A DNA stretch of 62,228 bases, filler included. It is 3 parts of 3 records of this genome, joined end to end, with 100 filler letters (N's around TTAATTAATTAA, not from the genome) between each part and the next. Parts side by side here need not be neighbours in the genome. Positions count along the whole stretch, not along the records: positions 1 to 30,616 come from SRR31156797_1180; 2 more parts are not named here. The stretch is one strand, 5' to 3'. The notes below the pieces were generated by a model. It had not been told where the DNA came from. It saw only the letters and a list, made by a program, of their open reading frames with translations, and made no database searches. The position numbers and the translations under genes were made by a program. Within the stretch, counting starts at the first letter, position 1. Every line of letters begins with the position of its first letter. Positions 1 through 8,959 of the stretch are shown here, one piece after another.

Positions 1-49
1 ATCATGCTGACAAGCTTTGCTTCGTCAGCACCAACTGAACTACCGGACC
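1..49 (-). tRNA. 5' part of a tRNA gene (probably tRNA-Asp), cut by the window edge, with a hairpin insertion in the D-loop
   Basis: Reverse complement reads GGTCCGGTAGTTCAGTTGG, an acceptor strand plus D-arm matching the Bacteroidota tRNA-Asp 5' end as I recall it, then TGCTGACGAAGCAAAGCTTGTCAGCATGAT. A TAnnTTTG promoter lies just upstream. The anticodon is outside the window, so the isotype is inferred. Confidence 0.6.
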
Positions 50-78
50 AAATATTGAAGAACTATCAAAAACGGCTG

Positions 79-107
79 CAAAGATACACTTTTTTCATAT
101 CTGCAAA
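79..107 (-). promoter_or_regulatory. Bacteroidota sigma70 promoter for the tRNA
   Basis: Minus strand TATCTTTG (86-79) fits the -7 consensus TAnnTTTG; TTTG (107-104) lies 17 nt upstream as a candidate -33 element. Confidence 0.6.
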
Positions 108-163
108 ATTTTTTTTGACTTTTTTCTCTATTTTTTTCAAAAAATCAAGATGAAGCAATTGTA

Positions 164-171
164 TACTTTTG
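164..171 (+). promoter_or_regulatory. Bacteroidota -7 promoter element for the flippase gene
   Basis: TACTTTTG fits TAnnTTTG and implies the real start is ATG 226, not TTG 169. Confidence 0.5.
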
Positions 172-225
172 CCCTTAGTACAGACAAACTCAATTAGAGT
201 ATATTTCACCTTCATCGTTTTAAGG

Positions 226-1740
226 ATGGCCGCTACGTCTTCATATCAGCATGAGCTGAAAAATGTAACAAAGAATGCCGGTATCACAGCAGCAGGGCTC
301 ATTGTGATGAACGTGATGTCGTTTGTGAACAACGCCATAATAACCCGGACAATTGGCGCAGATCAGTACGGGATTTTTGTGCTTGCCACCCGCACCCTTG
401 AATTTCTAACTGTAGCATCGGCGCTGGGACTCAGCCATTCACTCATCCGGTTTGTATCGATGTACAACGGTAAAAATGACCAGGAAAGGATTAAAGGCGT
501 TACCCTATATACATTTCGAACTTTGCTGACTGCTTCGCTGGTGTTTGCCGTAGTTGTTTTTTTCCTGGCACCCACCATTTCTGATGTATTTTTCGAGCGT
601 CCCGATCTTTCGTATTATCTGCAGATTTTGATGATCGCCCTGCCTTTTAGCGTGATGATGGTCGCCATCAACAATTCATTTATCGGGCTAAAAATGGTGA
701 AGTACCAGGTAGTCCTGGCCAACATTGCCACACCACTTTTATTTTTTACACTGATCTCTGTTACTTTTTTCCTCGGTTACCGGCTGGAAGGATTGATCTG
801 GGTACACATCTCCATCTTCATCATCATAACAATTGCTGCCTGGATGCTGTTTCGCAAAATCTACCTATCCAAAACAAAAGACATCATACCCAAAGTCAAC
901 AAAAAGGAAATATGGAATTACAACCTGCCGGTATATGCTTCACAATTCACCAACACAGCTTTTCGCTTCAGCCCGATTTTCATCATGGGTTATTTTTTGA
1001 GCAATGAAGAGATCGCCATTTTTAATGTAAGCTACAAGGTGGGAGCACTGGTTTTATTTTCGATGTCGGCGTTCCAGATGATTTTCATGCCAACCATTTC
1101 GGGGCTCTTTGCAACAAAAGATATGGCTACAATTTCCGGACTTTTAAAAACCGTTACCAAATGGATTTTTACATTTTCGCTGGTTGTTTCTGCCATGGTG
1201 ATGGCATTCAGCGATACCATCCTCGGAATATTTGGTGAGGTGTTTAGCACGGGAACTTTGGTACTCATTCTGATCATGGCCGGGGAGTTGGTGAATGCCT
1301 CCACCGGATTGATTGGATCAACGATACTTATGAGTGGCCGATCGCGTATTGTCCTTGCCAATTCCCTGGCACAGTTTGCCATTGTTGCCGGCCTTGCCTG
1401 GTGGCTCACGCCAATTTATGGCAATGTTGGGACGGCCTTTGCCTATGCGGTTTCGCTCATCGTGATGAATATTATGCGGGTAATCGAGCTTTACCGGTAC
1501 GAAAAAATCCACCCCTATAAGTGGAGCACCATCAAACCTGTGATTGCCGCCATCATAGGATTTTTGCCGGTGTATTATTTAAGCCGGTGGCTTGACCTGA
1601 ATATATACCTGGAATTGGTTTTAGGATTTATTGTTTTTATGCTGCTCTTCATGGGCACCCTACTTGCGCTGCAGCTGGATGAAGATGATCGCTACATCCT
1701 GGGAACAATTTTCGCACAGATAAAATCCAGGAAGAGATAA
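226..1740 (+). CDS. Polysaccharide flippase (Wzx/MOP superfamily)
   Basis: About 14 hydrophobic segments; typical motifs ITRTIGADQYGIF, IAIFNVSYK, PIYGNVGTAFA. Confidence 0.85.
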   Translation: MAATSSYQHELKNVTKNAGITAAGLIVMNVMSFVNNAIITRTIGADQYGIFVLATRTLEFLTVASALGLSHSLIRFVSMYNGKNDQERIKGVTLYTFRTLLTASLVFAVVVFFLAPTISDVFFERPDLSYYLQILMIALPFSVMMVAINNSFIGLKMVKYQVVLANIATPLLFFTLISVTFFLGYRLEGLIWVHISIFIIITIAAWMLFRKIYLSKTKDIIPKVNKKEIWNYNLPVYASQFTNTAFRFSPIFIMGYFLSNEEIAIFNVSYKVGALVLFSMSAFQMIFMPTISGLFATKDMATISGLLKTVTKWIFTFSLVVSAMVMAFSDTILGIFGEVFSTGTLVLILIMAGELVNASTGLIGSTILMSGRSRIVLANSLAQFAIVAGLAWWLTPIYGNVGTAFAYAVSLIVMNIMRVIELYRYEKIHPYKWSTIKPVIAAIIGFLPVYYLSRWLDLNIYLELVLGFIVFMLLFMGTLLALQLDEDDRYILGTIFAQIKSRKR

Positions 1741-1792
1741 TATCACTAAATCTGAAAACTCATTTGTGCTCCTAATGCAAATTATTTAGCAC

Positions 1793-2587
1793 TCAAAAAC
1801 TCCTTTGCCTCACTGCCTCAAAAGTTACAATGGCTGCCGAAGTGGAAACGTTCAGCGAGTCGGCGATACCGGCGATGGGAATGATGATATTTTGATCGGA
1901 TGCGTCCAGCCAGCGCTGCGAAAGCCCGGTAGCCTCAGTGCCCATGACGATGGCTGATGGTTTTTTAAAGTCAATTCCGGTATAAGGTTTTGAAGCAGAA
2001 AGTGCCGTAGAGTAAATATTAATATTTTGGGCCTTGAGGTAGCTGATCACCGCATCGGTTGAATCTACAGCTATCGGCACAGAGAAAAGGCACCCCACCG
2101 ACGACCTCACCACATTGGGATTATAAATATCCGTTTGGGCATCGCAAACTATTACAGCGTCCACACCTCCAGCATCCGCAGTCCGGAGGATGGCACCCAG
2201 GTTTCCGGGTTTTTCCACTGCTTCCAAAACCATGATCAGGGGATTTTTCTCCAACTGAAGTGACTGAAGCCCGTGCTGTTTTTGCGCAGCAACCACTATG
2301 GCCCCAAAGGTATTCCCCCGATAAGTTATTTTTTGAAACAATGCCGGAGTTATGGTAAAAATATGGATGTTTCCGGTCACTAACTTTTCAACCTCAAACT
2401 GTTCAATCATTTCCGGAACAAAAAACAGGGCAATAAAATCGTATTGCTTTTGATGTGCCCGTTCAATTTCCTTCTGGCCTTCCATAAGAAACAAACCAGT
2501 ATCTCGCCGGGTGCGCGGTTTTTGTAATTGAATTAACTGCTTTATACGCGGGTTTGCAGGACTTGATAAATGATCTTTTATGCGCAT
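1793..2587 (-). CDS. TrmH/SpoU family RNA methyltransferase
   Basis: SPOUT motifs EKPGNLGAILRTADA, VMGTEATGLS, DSLNVSTSAAI; N-terminal SPANPRIK. Confidence 0.92.
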   Translation of the reverse strand: MRIKDHLSSPANPRIKQLIQLQKPRTRRDTGLFLMEGQKEIERAHQKQYDFIALFFVPEMIEQFEVEKLVTGNIHIFTITPALFQKITYRGNTFGAIVVAAQKQHGLQSLQLEKNPLIMVLEAVEKPGNLGAILRTADAGGVDAVIVCDAQTDIYNPNVVRSSVGCLFSVPIAVDSTDAVISYLKAQNINIYSTALSASKPYTGIDFKKPSAIVMGTEATGLSQRWLDASDQNIIIPIAGIADSLNVSTSAAIVTFEAVRQRSF

Positions 2588-3450
2588 CAGCCAACATCGT
2601 GATAGTTCATCTCAGCCATAATGGACTGATTGCAAATGGTATGATAAAATTCAAGCATACTCCGGTTTTTCAGGAATTCAACAGGCTTGAGCCCGATCAG
2701 GGTTAATTTCATTTGATCAATGATGCCATCGGGTAACTTAAAATCAAGAAACTCAAACAGTCTTTCAATCTCCGAATCGGGATTTCCGATAAGTTCCTCA
2801 TACCTGATAACATGCGTGTTATATCCCGGAGTATCTTCCAGTTTGAGCCCTTTTTCGACATATTGCTGCCACAATCTGTAGGATTCGATGGGTTGTGATG
2901 TGCGCAGTGAGGTATTATAAATTCGCTTGTCCAGCAACTTTCGTTCAATCCGCCGGCGGCTAAAACCATCAAACCTACTGGCTTTGCGTAATTGCTCTGT
3001 TTTTTCAGCATCTTTTATGAAATCGCTAACAACGTCAACCGGGTTGCGATGAATCTGAATGATCAGCGGTTCTGTAAAAATATTTTTCCAAACTTCAAGT
3101 GTAAACATATTCACCGGATCGCTCCATCCCCAGTCAAAATCGATATAAGCTGCTTTTTTCACTGCTTTCTTCTCACCCAGGAATTCCCTGAAGAGTTTTC
3201 CACGCAAATGGCGCAGAAGTGTTTTTTGGATAGCTTCAACAAATCCATCATCTACAAAACGGGCATTATAAGGATTGTCCCATGTTGCACCCATCTGGGT
3301 TAAAATCCACTTGTTGATGCGCCCAAAATATGGGGAATCCTGTCCTTCGGAAAAATCAGCTCCGGCAAATATTCCGGCTTTTTCCAGTAAAGTATAAATG
3401 ATTTGCGTGCCTGAATGCGGCGCCCCTAGAATAATAATTGGTTGTTTCAT
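2587..3450 (-). CDS. Sulfotransferase family protein
   Basis: PAPS-binding-like IILGAPHSGT, WGWSDP, IHRNPVDVVS, IRYEELIGNP; motifs somewhat degenerate. Confidence 0.75.
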   Translation of the reverse strand: MKQPIIILGAPHSGTQIIYTLLEKAGIFAGADFSEGQDSPYFGRINKWILTQMGATWDNPYNARFVDDGFVEAIQKTLLRHLRGKLFREFLGEKKAVKKAAYIDFDWGWSDPVNMFTLEVWKNIFTEPLIIQIHRNPVDVVSDFIKDAEKTEQLRKASRFDGFSRRRIERKLLDKRIYNTSLRTSQPIESYRLWQQYVEKGLKLEDTPGYNTHVIRYEELIGNPDSEIERLFEFLDFKLPDGIIDQMKLTLIGLKPVEFLKNRSMLEFYHTICNQSIMAEMNYHDVG

Positions 3451-3536
3451 AATTAAAAAGATTAAACATCAAAATTAGGAAAAATCAACTAACTTTGATT
3501 TAACGGTGTTTTTGACGAATAGATTTTTGAGGATAT

Positions 3537-4490
3537 ATGAATTTTAACAAGCTTGACTTATCAGCGAAAATTAGGTGGAGAATGCGCTTCGAAAAAAGCC
3601 GGACCTTAATCCGATTTACCGATAAACTGACTGTGAAACAGATTGCATCGGAATACGGTGTACCCTTTGCAAAGCCTCTCCTTAAAACCAAAGACCCGGG
3701 AGATATCCCTTTCAGCCAACTACCTGCAAATTGTTTTATAAAGGCCAATCATGGATGTAAGTGGAATATTCTTCGAAGGGACGGCCAATTCTACCATTTT
3801 GGTGATGGGAAAAAATTAACCGATGAGCATGGTAATTTTCTGGATAAAAACCTAAAACAATTTGAACTAAGCCAAAATCAGGCCGTAGCACTTTGCAGAA
3901 AATGGTTAAAGTCCAGGCATTCCTTTAGAGAGTGGGCTTACCGGCATGTGGACCCATGGATATATGCGGAAGAAATCATTGAGACCAGGCCGGGTACTGA
4001 AGTGATGGATTATCGTTTTTATAATTTCAATGGTGATACGGCGGCCATCAATGTTGGTTCGCCCTCACTCAGAAAAACCGGTCAGAACTTCTTCTTCGAT
4101 AAGGAATGGAATCCCATTTCTGTTAAAAACCAGCACAACATTTCGATTACCACTGTTCCGCCAAAACCTGTGCAATTCGATAAAATGCTTAAAGCGGCAA
4201 AACAAATGGGTCAAAATCTCGATTTTGTTCGTGTTGATTTTTTTGTGTCAGGCGCTGACTACTACCTTGCTGAACTGACAGTATATCCGGGTGGTGGTTC
4301 AAAAAACACTCCATCATCTGACCAGGAATTTAACAGCTTTCTTGCCGGATTCTGGAAGTTTAATCATAAGCAATACTTCCAGGCATTGGGATGGAAATAT
4401 TATGAAACCTTTACGCCCAGGTACCGCAGACGATTAAAACGAAAGAAAGCTAAAAAGAAAAATGAGCATACAATTATTCGGGGTGATTGA
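3537..4490 (+). CDS. TupA-like ATP-grasp fold amidoligase (surface polysaccharide modification)
   Basis: TDKLTVK, IKANHGCKWN, EWAYRHV, DYRFYNFNG, FVRVDFF, AELTVYPGGG. Confidence 0.85.
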   Translation: MNFNKLDLSAKIRWRMRFEKSRTLIRFTDKLTVKQIASEYGVPFAKPLLKTKDPGDIPFSQLPANCFIKANHGCKWNILRRDGQFYHFGDGKKLTDEHGNFLDKNLKQFELSQNQAVALCRKWLKSRHSFREWAYRHVDPWIYAEEIIETRPGTEVMDYRFYNFNGDTAAINVGSPSLRKTGQNFFFDKEWNPISVKNQHNISITTVPPKPVQFDKMLKAAKQMGQNLDFVRVDFFVSGADYYLAELTVYPGGGSKNTPSSDQEFNSFLAGFWKFNHKQYFQALGWKYYETFTPRYRRRLKRKKAKKKNEHTIIRGD

Positions 4491-5712
4491 TTGCCGAAAG
4501 CCTTTGTAATAGCGGTGGATGGGAATAATGTACAAATACCACTGCCGGATGTGGCCGGAGGTTACTCAAATTTTCTATGGAAAGCTTTTTCAATGCCTCA
4601 CCCAGACTTTCACTGTTATAATTTTCAGCAGCAAACCTATCGGCAGCAAACTCGTTGGCACGTGAAATCACATTCATTATAATCCCAAGGATGGTTGAGA
4701 TCGGGCTGTACAAAATGCCAAAAGCCAGAATACCAATATGGAAACTCCCCACCTCTGCACCCAGTGCCTCAGACAATAATGGGTTTCCGATGAAAAGTGA
4801 CAAAATATATAGCATAATCCCGGACTGGACTATTCCCAGGATCAATCCGCTGGTTGTGTGTTTCTTTTTGTAGTGCCCGATTTCATGCGCCAAAACCGCT
4901 ACCAATTCTTCAGTGGTATGTTTTTCAATCAGGGTATCGTAGAGTACAATACGCTTTTTGGGCCCCAGCCCTGTAAAATAAGCATTGGCTTTAGTTGACC
5001 GTTTTGAGCCATCGATCACATAAATATTCTTCAGTTTAAACCCAACCTTTGAGGCAAAATTCTCAATGGCGTCCCGGAGTTCGCCTTCTTCCAGCGGTTT
5101 CTGCTTGTTAAAAAGCGGTACAATGAGGTTGGAATAAAACATCGACATAAAAACCGTGAATGTCGTGAGCACACCCCAGGCAATCAGCCAAAACCACTGG
5201 CCGGTATTTTCATAAATCCACACTACCAGGGCCAGCAATCCGCCGCCAATCAGCCCCCCGATCAGCCACCCCTTTATTTTATCGAGAAAAAATGTTTTCA
5301 GCGTGGTTTTATTAAACCCGAATTTTTCTTCAATCACAAAAGTGTCGTACAGTGAAAATGGTGTGGACAGGATATCGGAAGCCAGACCGAGCAGTCCAAA
5401 GAACAGGATGGCCAGCCAGATGGGATTATCCGTCCATTGCCTGATGGTCCCATCCAACCAAGCAAATCCGCCAAACAGCAGCATGGCCAAAATCGCCACA
5501 AACGAAAGGCTGCTGGTGAGCATCCCGAATTTTTTGTTCACCTTAAGATATTGCTGCGACTTACGGTACTTTTCCTGGTCATAGATCCCTTTCAATTCAT
5601 CCGGGAGCACCTCGCTCATTCGGGTCGTATTGAGGTAATCGAGAATCCGTTCAAAAATAAAATCTACGATAATGATGATGAGGATGATGTAAAAGATGGT
5701 TTGAGCAGACAT
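4474..5712 (-). CDS. M48 family (Ste24/CAAX-like) metalloprotease
   Basis: HEIGH zinc motif, KANAYFTGLG, EFAADRFA, YSHPPL, multiple TM helices. Confidence 0.93.
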   Translation of the reverse strand: MSAQTIFYIILIIIIVDFIFERILDYLNTTRMSEVLPDELKGIYDQEKYRKSQQYLKVNKKFGMLTSSLSFVAILAMLLFGGFAWLDGTIRQWTDNPIWLAILFFGLLGLASDILSTPFSLYDTFVIEEKFGFNKTTLKTFFLDKIKGWLIGGLIGGGLLALVVWIYENTGQWFWLIAWGVLTTFTVFMSMFYSNLIVPLFNKQKPLEEGELRDAIENFASKVGFKLKNIYVIDGSKRSTKANAYFTGLGPKKRIVLYDTLIEKHTTEELVAVLAHEIGHYKKKHTTSGLILGIVQSGIMLYILSLFIGNPLLSEALGAEVGSFHIGILAFGILYSPISTILGIIMNVISRANEFAADRFAAENYNSESLGEALKKLSIENLSNLRPHPAVVFVHYSHPPLLQRLSAINHPE

Positions 5713-5723
5713 TGGCAGAAGAA

Positions 5724-5867
5724 GGTTATTGGTTATTAGTTATTGGTTATTGGTTAATTGGTCATTTGTTGCTTTACGCTAGACTATCTGCGCTATGCGC
5801 TACGCCGCTAAAACTTCTCACTACTCACTAATCTCATCAATCCGCCTTCGGTGAGGCAAGCTCACTA
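5724..5867. repeat. Cluster of short 7-bp tandem repeats (GGTTATT x4-6, TGCGCTA x2, CTCACTA x2-3)
   Basis: Directly visible in the intergenic region upstream of the M48 gene. Confidence 0.7.
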
Positions 5868-5873
5868 CTTCCC

Positions 5874-7955
5874 CTAATAACTCCCGCCTCGTTTCCGGAT
5901 AAACCATTCGATAGAAAGTAAAAGAATGATCAGTGCAAGCACCCATGGAATATTTACCAGGTCGCTGTATTTCCGGTCGGTATAGGTAATGGTGGTGATG
6001 TCTTCGCGATTGCGCAGCATTTCGGGCAATTGTTTCAAATCTGCAGGGTAGATCATTTCTCCGTTAGTTTTCTCTGAAAGCTGGTAAAGCAGGTTGTGAT
6101 CGGCAATGGTGTTTACAGCTTCAATATTCAACGGTGAAACGGTAAAAGCACCGTCATCGGTGTAGAGGTTATCCCCTACCCTCACCCGGGCTTCCCAGGT
6201 GTAATTATCTACCGGCAAAATTCCTGCATTAAGCTGGTAGGCACTGGCTGTTTTTCCGAAAACAAACGGGTATTTATCACCCTGGCTGTTGGTGATGGTT
6301 ATCTCCACATCGTTTTTGTTGATGAGTTCATAACTTTGGTTGTAAACTTCCGCATCAAAAATCACAGGTTCATTTTCCATGAAATTGTTTTCACCATCCA
6401 CCCTGAAAAAGCTCTTGTCAACATTCACCGAGAGGAACTGGATCATTTTGGTCATCAACTCATTAAAAGCGTTGTGATTTCCATTTTCACGGTAATCCTG
6501 CATGCGCCATTTCCAGAGCCCTTCCCCGGCAATCACTCCGGTTTTCTCATCCAGGGTCCGGTTAAACAGCACCAGCGGATAACTGGTTTCCAAAGATCCG
6601 ATTTGCTGATAAAACAAGGTGGATGCTGAATTCAACACATCAAACTCACCAAAGGGTGTGAGCAATGGCGGGAAGTTCTCGAAGGCACTAACAGTTGATT
6701 CGCTCAGTGTAAACAAAGTGAAATCCGGGTTATAAACAGGTAGTACCTCATTGTAACTTTTCTGGCCAGTACTGATTTTCAATCCTGCGTTCAGGTTGTT
6801 AAATTCGATGAGGTTGGTGCGGCTTCCCAAAATTATCAGAAGCGGAATATTTGCTTCTCTTGCTTTGGAAATGTAGGTTGCCGCCTGGCTTCCACCTGAT
6901 GGCACCTGGTGCATCACAATCAGATTATAACTTTCGATTTGCCTTGGAAATTCATTGACGAGAGCTTCAGTAACTTCATAGTTGTAATTGCTCTCAATGG
7001 CAGATTTGATGGCTGAAATATCGGGATGAGGAGCTGTTGCAAGCAGCAAAATCTTTTGTTTGGAATCCAGGATATCAATGAAAAAATCCTGTGTATTGTT
7101 CACCAAACTCACTTCTCCATCAACCGAAGAAAGCCTGACTGTATAGCGCTGTAATCCTGCAGCATCAGCTTCAAGGCTGATGCGCCTGGTTTCATAATAA
7201 TTATTCGATTTTATCGAAATATTTTCAGAATGTACCACATTTCCATTCCTGATCACTGATAAGGTTGACCGGTCTCCGTTGCACATATTGGCCCCTAGAA
7301 CAATCTCAATTGGGAATTCATTACCCAGGAAAGCGATGCGGTTAAAGTTGATTTTGCTGATGAAAATATCGCGGTGCATCGCCGTATCTCCCAAAGCCAC
7401 TGTGTATACCGGAAACCTGAACTGGTCGGATGTGTATAGCGGGTTTAGCCCGCGGTTGTAAACACCATCGCTTGCCAATACCAAAGCACCCACATTCCGG
7501 TTTGAATGTCTCACAGTTAACTCATCGAATAAAGTGGAAATATCCGTTTGTTTCTGGTCGAAGTTAAAACTAAAAGCCTCAGATACATCGTCGCCAAAAG
7601 TGTAGGTCCTGATGTCGTAATCATCACTAAGATCATTCACTACTTCATTAAAAAACTCTGGATATTCATTACGGTAATAGGCTGAATCTTCACCAATCAC
7701 AATAGACCCGGAATTGTCCTGGGCAAAAATGAGCATGGGTTTTTCTTCCTTCCTGAACTCATTTTTTACCAAAGGTGATAGCAATAGAAATGAAATAATG
7801 AATACGGCCAGAAACCGCAACACCGATAGCCAGGCAACAGCTATGCGTGGAAATTCCTCCCTCCGGTTTTTAAAATACAGGATACCTGTGATGAGCAGCG
7901 CCAGGGCAATGCAAAACAGGATAAACCATGCAGGATATTCAGTAATCAAACTCAA
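5874..7955 (-). CDS. vWA-domain-containing membrane protein (conserved Bacteroidota fabG neighbour)
   Basis: N-terminal TM pair, MIDAS-like DNSGS ... TD ... SDG, C-terminal TM ending EWFIRKRGG. Start is uncertain (TTG 7961 or 7955). Confidence 0.7.
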   Translation of the reverse strand: MSLITEYPAWFILFCIALALLITGILYFKNRREEFPRIAVAWLSVLRFLAVFIISFLLLSPLVKNEFRKEEKPMLIFAQDNSGSIVIGEDSAYYRNEYPEFFNEVVNDLSDDYDIRTYTFGDDVSEAFSFNFDQKQTDISTLFDELTVRHSNRNVGALVLASDGVYNRGLNPLYTSDQFRFPVYTVALGDTAMHRDIFISKINFNRIAFLGNEFPIEIVLGANMCNGDRSTLSVIRNGNVVHSENISIKSNNYYETRRISLEADAAGLQRYTVRLSSVDGEVSLVNNTQDFFIDILDSKQKILLLATAPHPDISAIKSAIESNYNYEVTEALVNEFPRQIESYNLIVMHQVPSGGSQAATYISKAREANIPLLIILGSRTNLIEFNNLNAGLKISTGQKSYNEVLPVYNPDFTLFTLSESTVSAFENFPPLLTPFGEFDVLNSASTLFYQQIGSLETSYPLVLFNRTLDEKTGVIAGEGLWKWRMQDYRENGNHNAFNELMTKMIQFLSVNVDKSFFRVDGENNFMENEPVIFDAEVYNQSYELINKNDVEITITNSQGDKYPFVFGKTASAYQLNAGILPVDNYTWEARVRVGDNLYTDDGAFTVSPLNIEAVNTIADHNLLYQLSEKTNGEMIYPADLKQLPEMLRNREDITTITYTDRKYSDLVNIPWVLALIILLLSIEWFIRKRGGSY

Positions 7956-7992
7956 AATCAACCTCCTCTGAAAAAAATTCCGGAAATAAATA

Positions 7993-8739
7993 TTACATAT
8001 GCATACCGCCATCCACACTGATCACCTGCCCGGTAACATAGGATGACAAATCAGAACCCAGGAACAGGCAGATATCTGCCACGTCATTGGGTTTACCTGA
8101 ACGTTTAAGCGGAATGATTTTTGACCATTCGGCACGTTGTTCATCCGTAAGCTGGCCGGTCATCTCTGTTTCGATAAATCCGGGAGCGATGGCATTAACA
8201 CGAATTCCGCGTGAACCAATTTCTTTGGCCATGGATTTTGTGAAACCATACATGCCCGCCTTTGATGCTGAATAGTTACTCTGGCCGGCATTTCCTGAAA
8301 GCCCGACCACAGAACCCATATTGATGATGGATCCGCTACGCTGCTTGAGTAAACTGCGCTGTATGGCTTTGGTCATGTTGAAAACCGATTTCAGGTTCAC
8401 TTTCATTACCAGGTCCCAATCGTTTTCACCCATGCGCATCAAAAGATTGTCGCGGGTAATTCCGGCATTGTTCACCAGGATGTCGATATTACCAAAATCC
8501 TTCATCACTTCTGCCACCACATTTTCGCAAGCTTCCAATGAGCTGGCATCCGAAGCATATCCTTTGGCTTTCACACCATAGCTCTCAAGCTCTTTCACCA
8601 GTGCTTCAGCACCATCATCAATTTTAAGGTCGGTAAACGCTACATCTGCTCCATTTTGGGCATAAGCAATGGCAATGGCTTTTCCGATGCCACGTGCCGC
8701 CCCTGTTATCAGGGCTTTCTTGTTTTCAAGTAATTTCAT
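7993..8739 (-). CDS. fabG: 3-oxoacyl-ACP reductase
   Basis: TGAARGIG, NNAGITRD, YSASKAG, APGFIET. Confidence 0.92.
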   Translation of the reverse strand: MKLLENKKALITGAARGIGKAIAIAYAQNGADVAFTDLKIDDGAEALVKELESYGVKAKGYASDASSLEACENVVAEVMKDFGNIDILVNNAGITRDNLLMRMGENDWDLVMKVNLKSVFNMTKAIQRSLLKQRSGSIINMGSVVGLSGNAGQSNYSASKAGMYGFTKSMAKEIGSRGIRVNAIAPGFIETEMTGQLTDEQRAEWSKIIPLKRSGKPNDVADICLFLGSDLSSYVTGQVISVDGGMHM

Positions 8740-8765
8740 CGTTCTAATTTTTCAAAAAATTTTGC

Positions 8766-8773
8766 CAAAGATA
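8766..8773 (-). promoter_or_regulatory. Bacteroidota -7 promoter element for fabG
   Basis: Minus strand TATCTTTG, 26 nt upstream of the ATG. Confidence 0.55.
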
Positions 8774-8902
8774 GAAAAATGTATCTTGGCGGATTTCAAT
8801 GAATCCCAAGCCCGGGAGAGAATTCCTAAGTCTCGTAATTCGTTATTTGTTAATAGGTTACGATCAACGGATAAGGATTTACAGATAATTACTTCTCTAA
8901 AC

Positions 8903-8938
8903 AAAAAAGCCCGGACCAGAAAAACACCGATCAGGGCT
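8903..8938 (-). terminator. Probable intrinsic terminator of the S41 peptidase gene
   Basis: Minus strand AGCCC...GGGCT stem followed by TTTTTGTTT, just after the stop codon. Confidence 0.45.
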
Positions 8939-8959
8939 ATAATGTTATTTTAAAATCCT

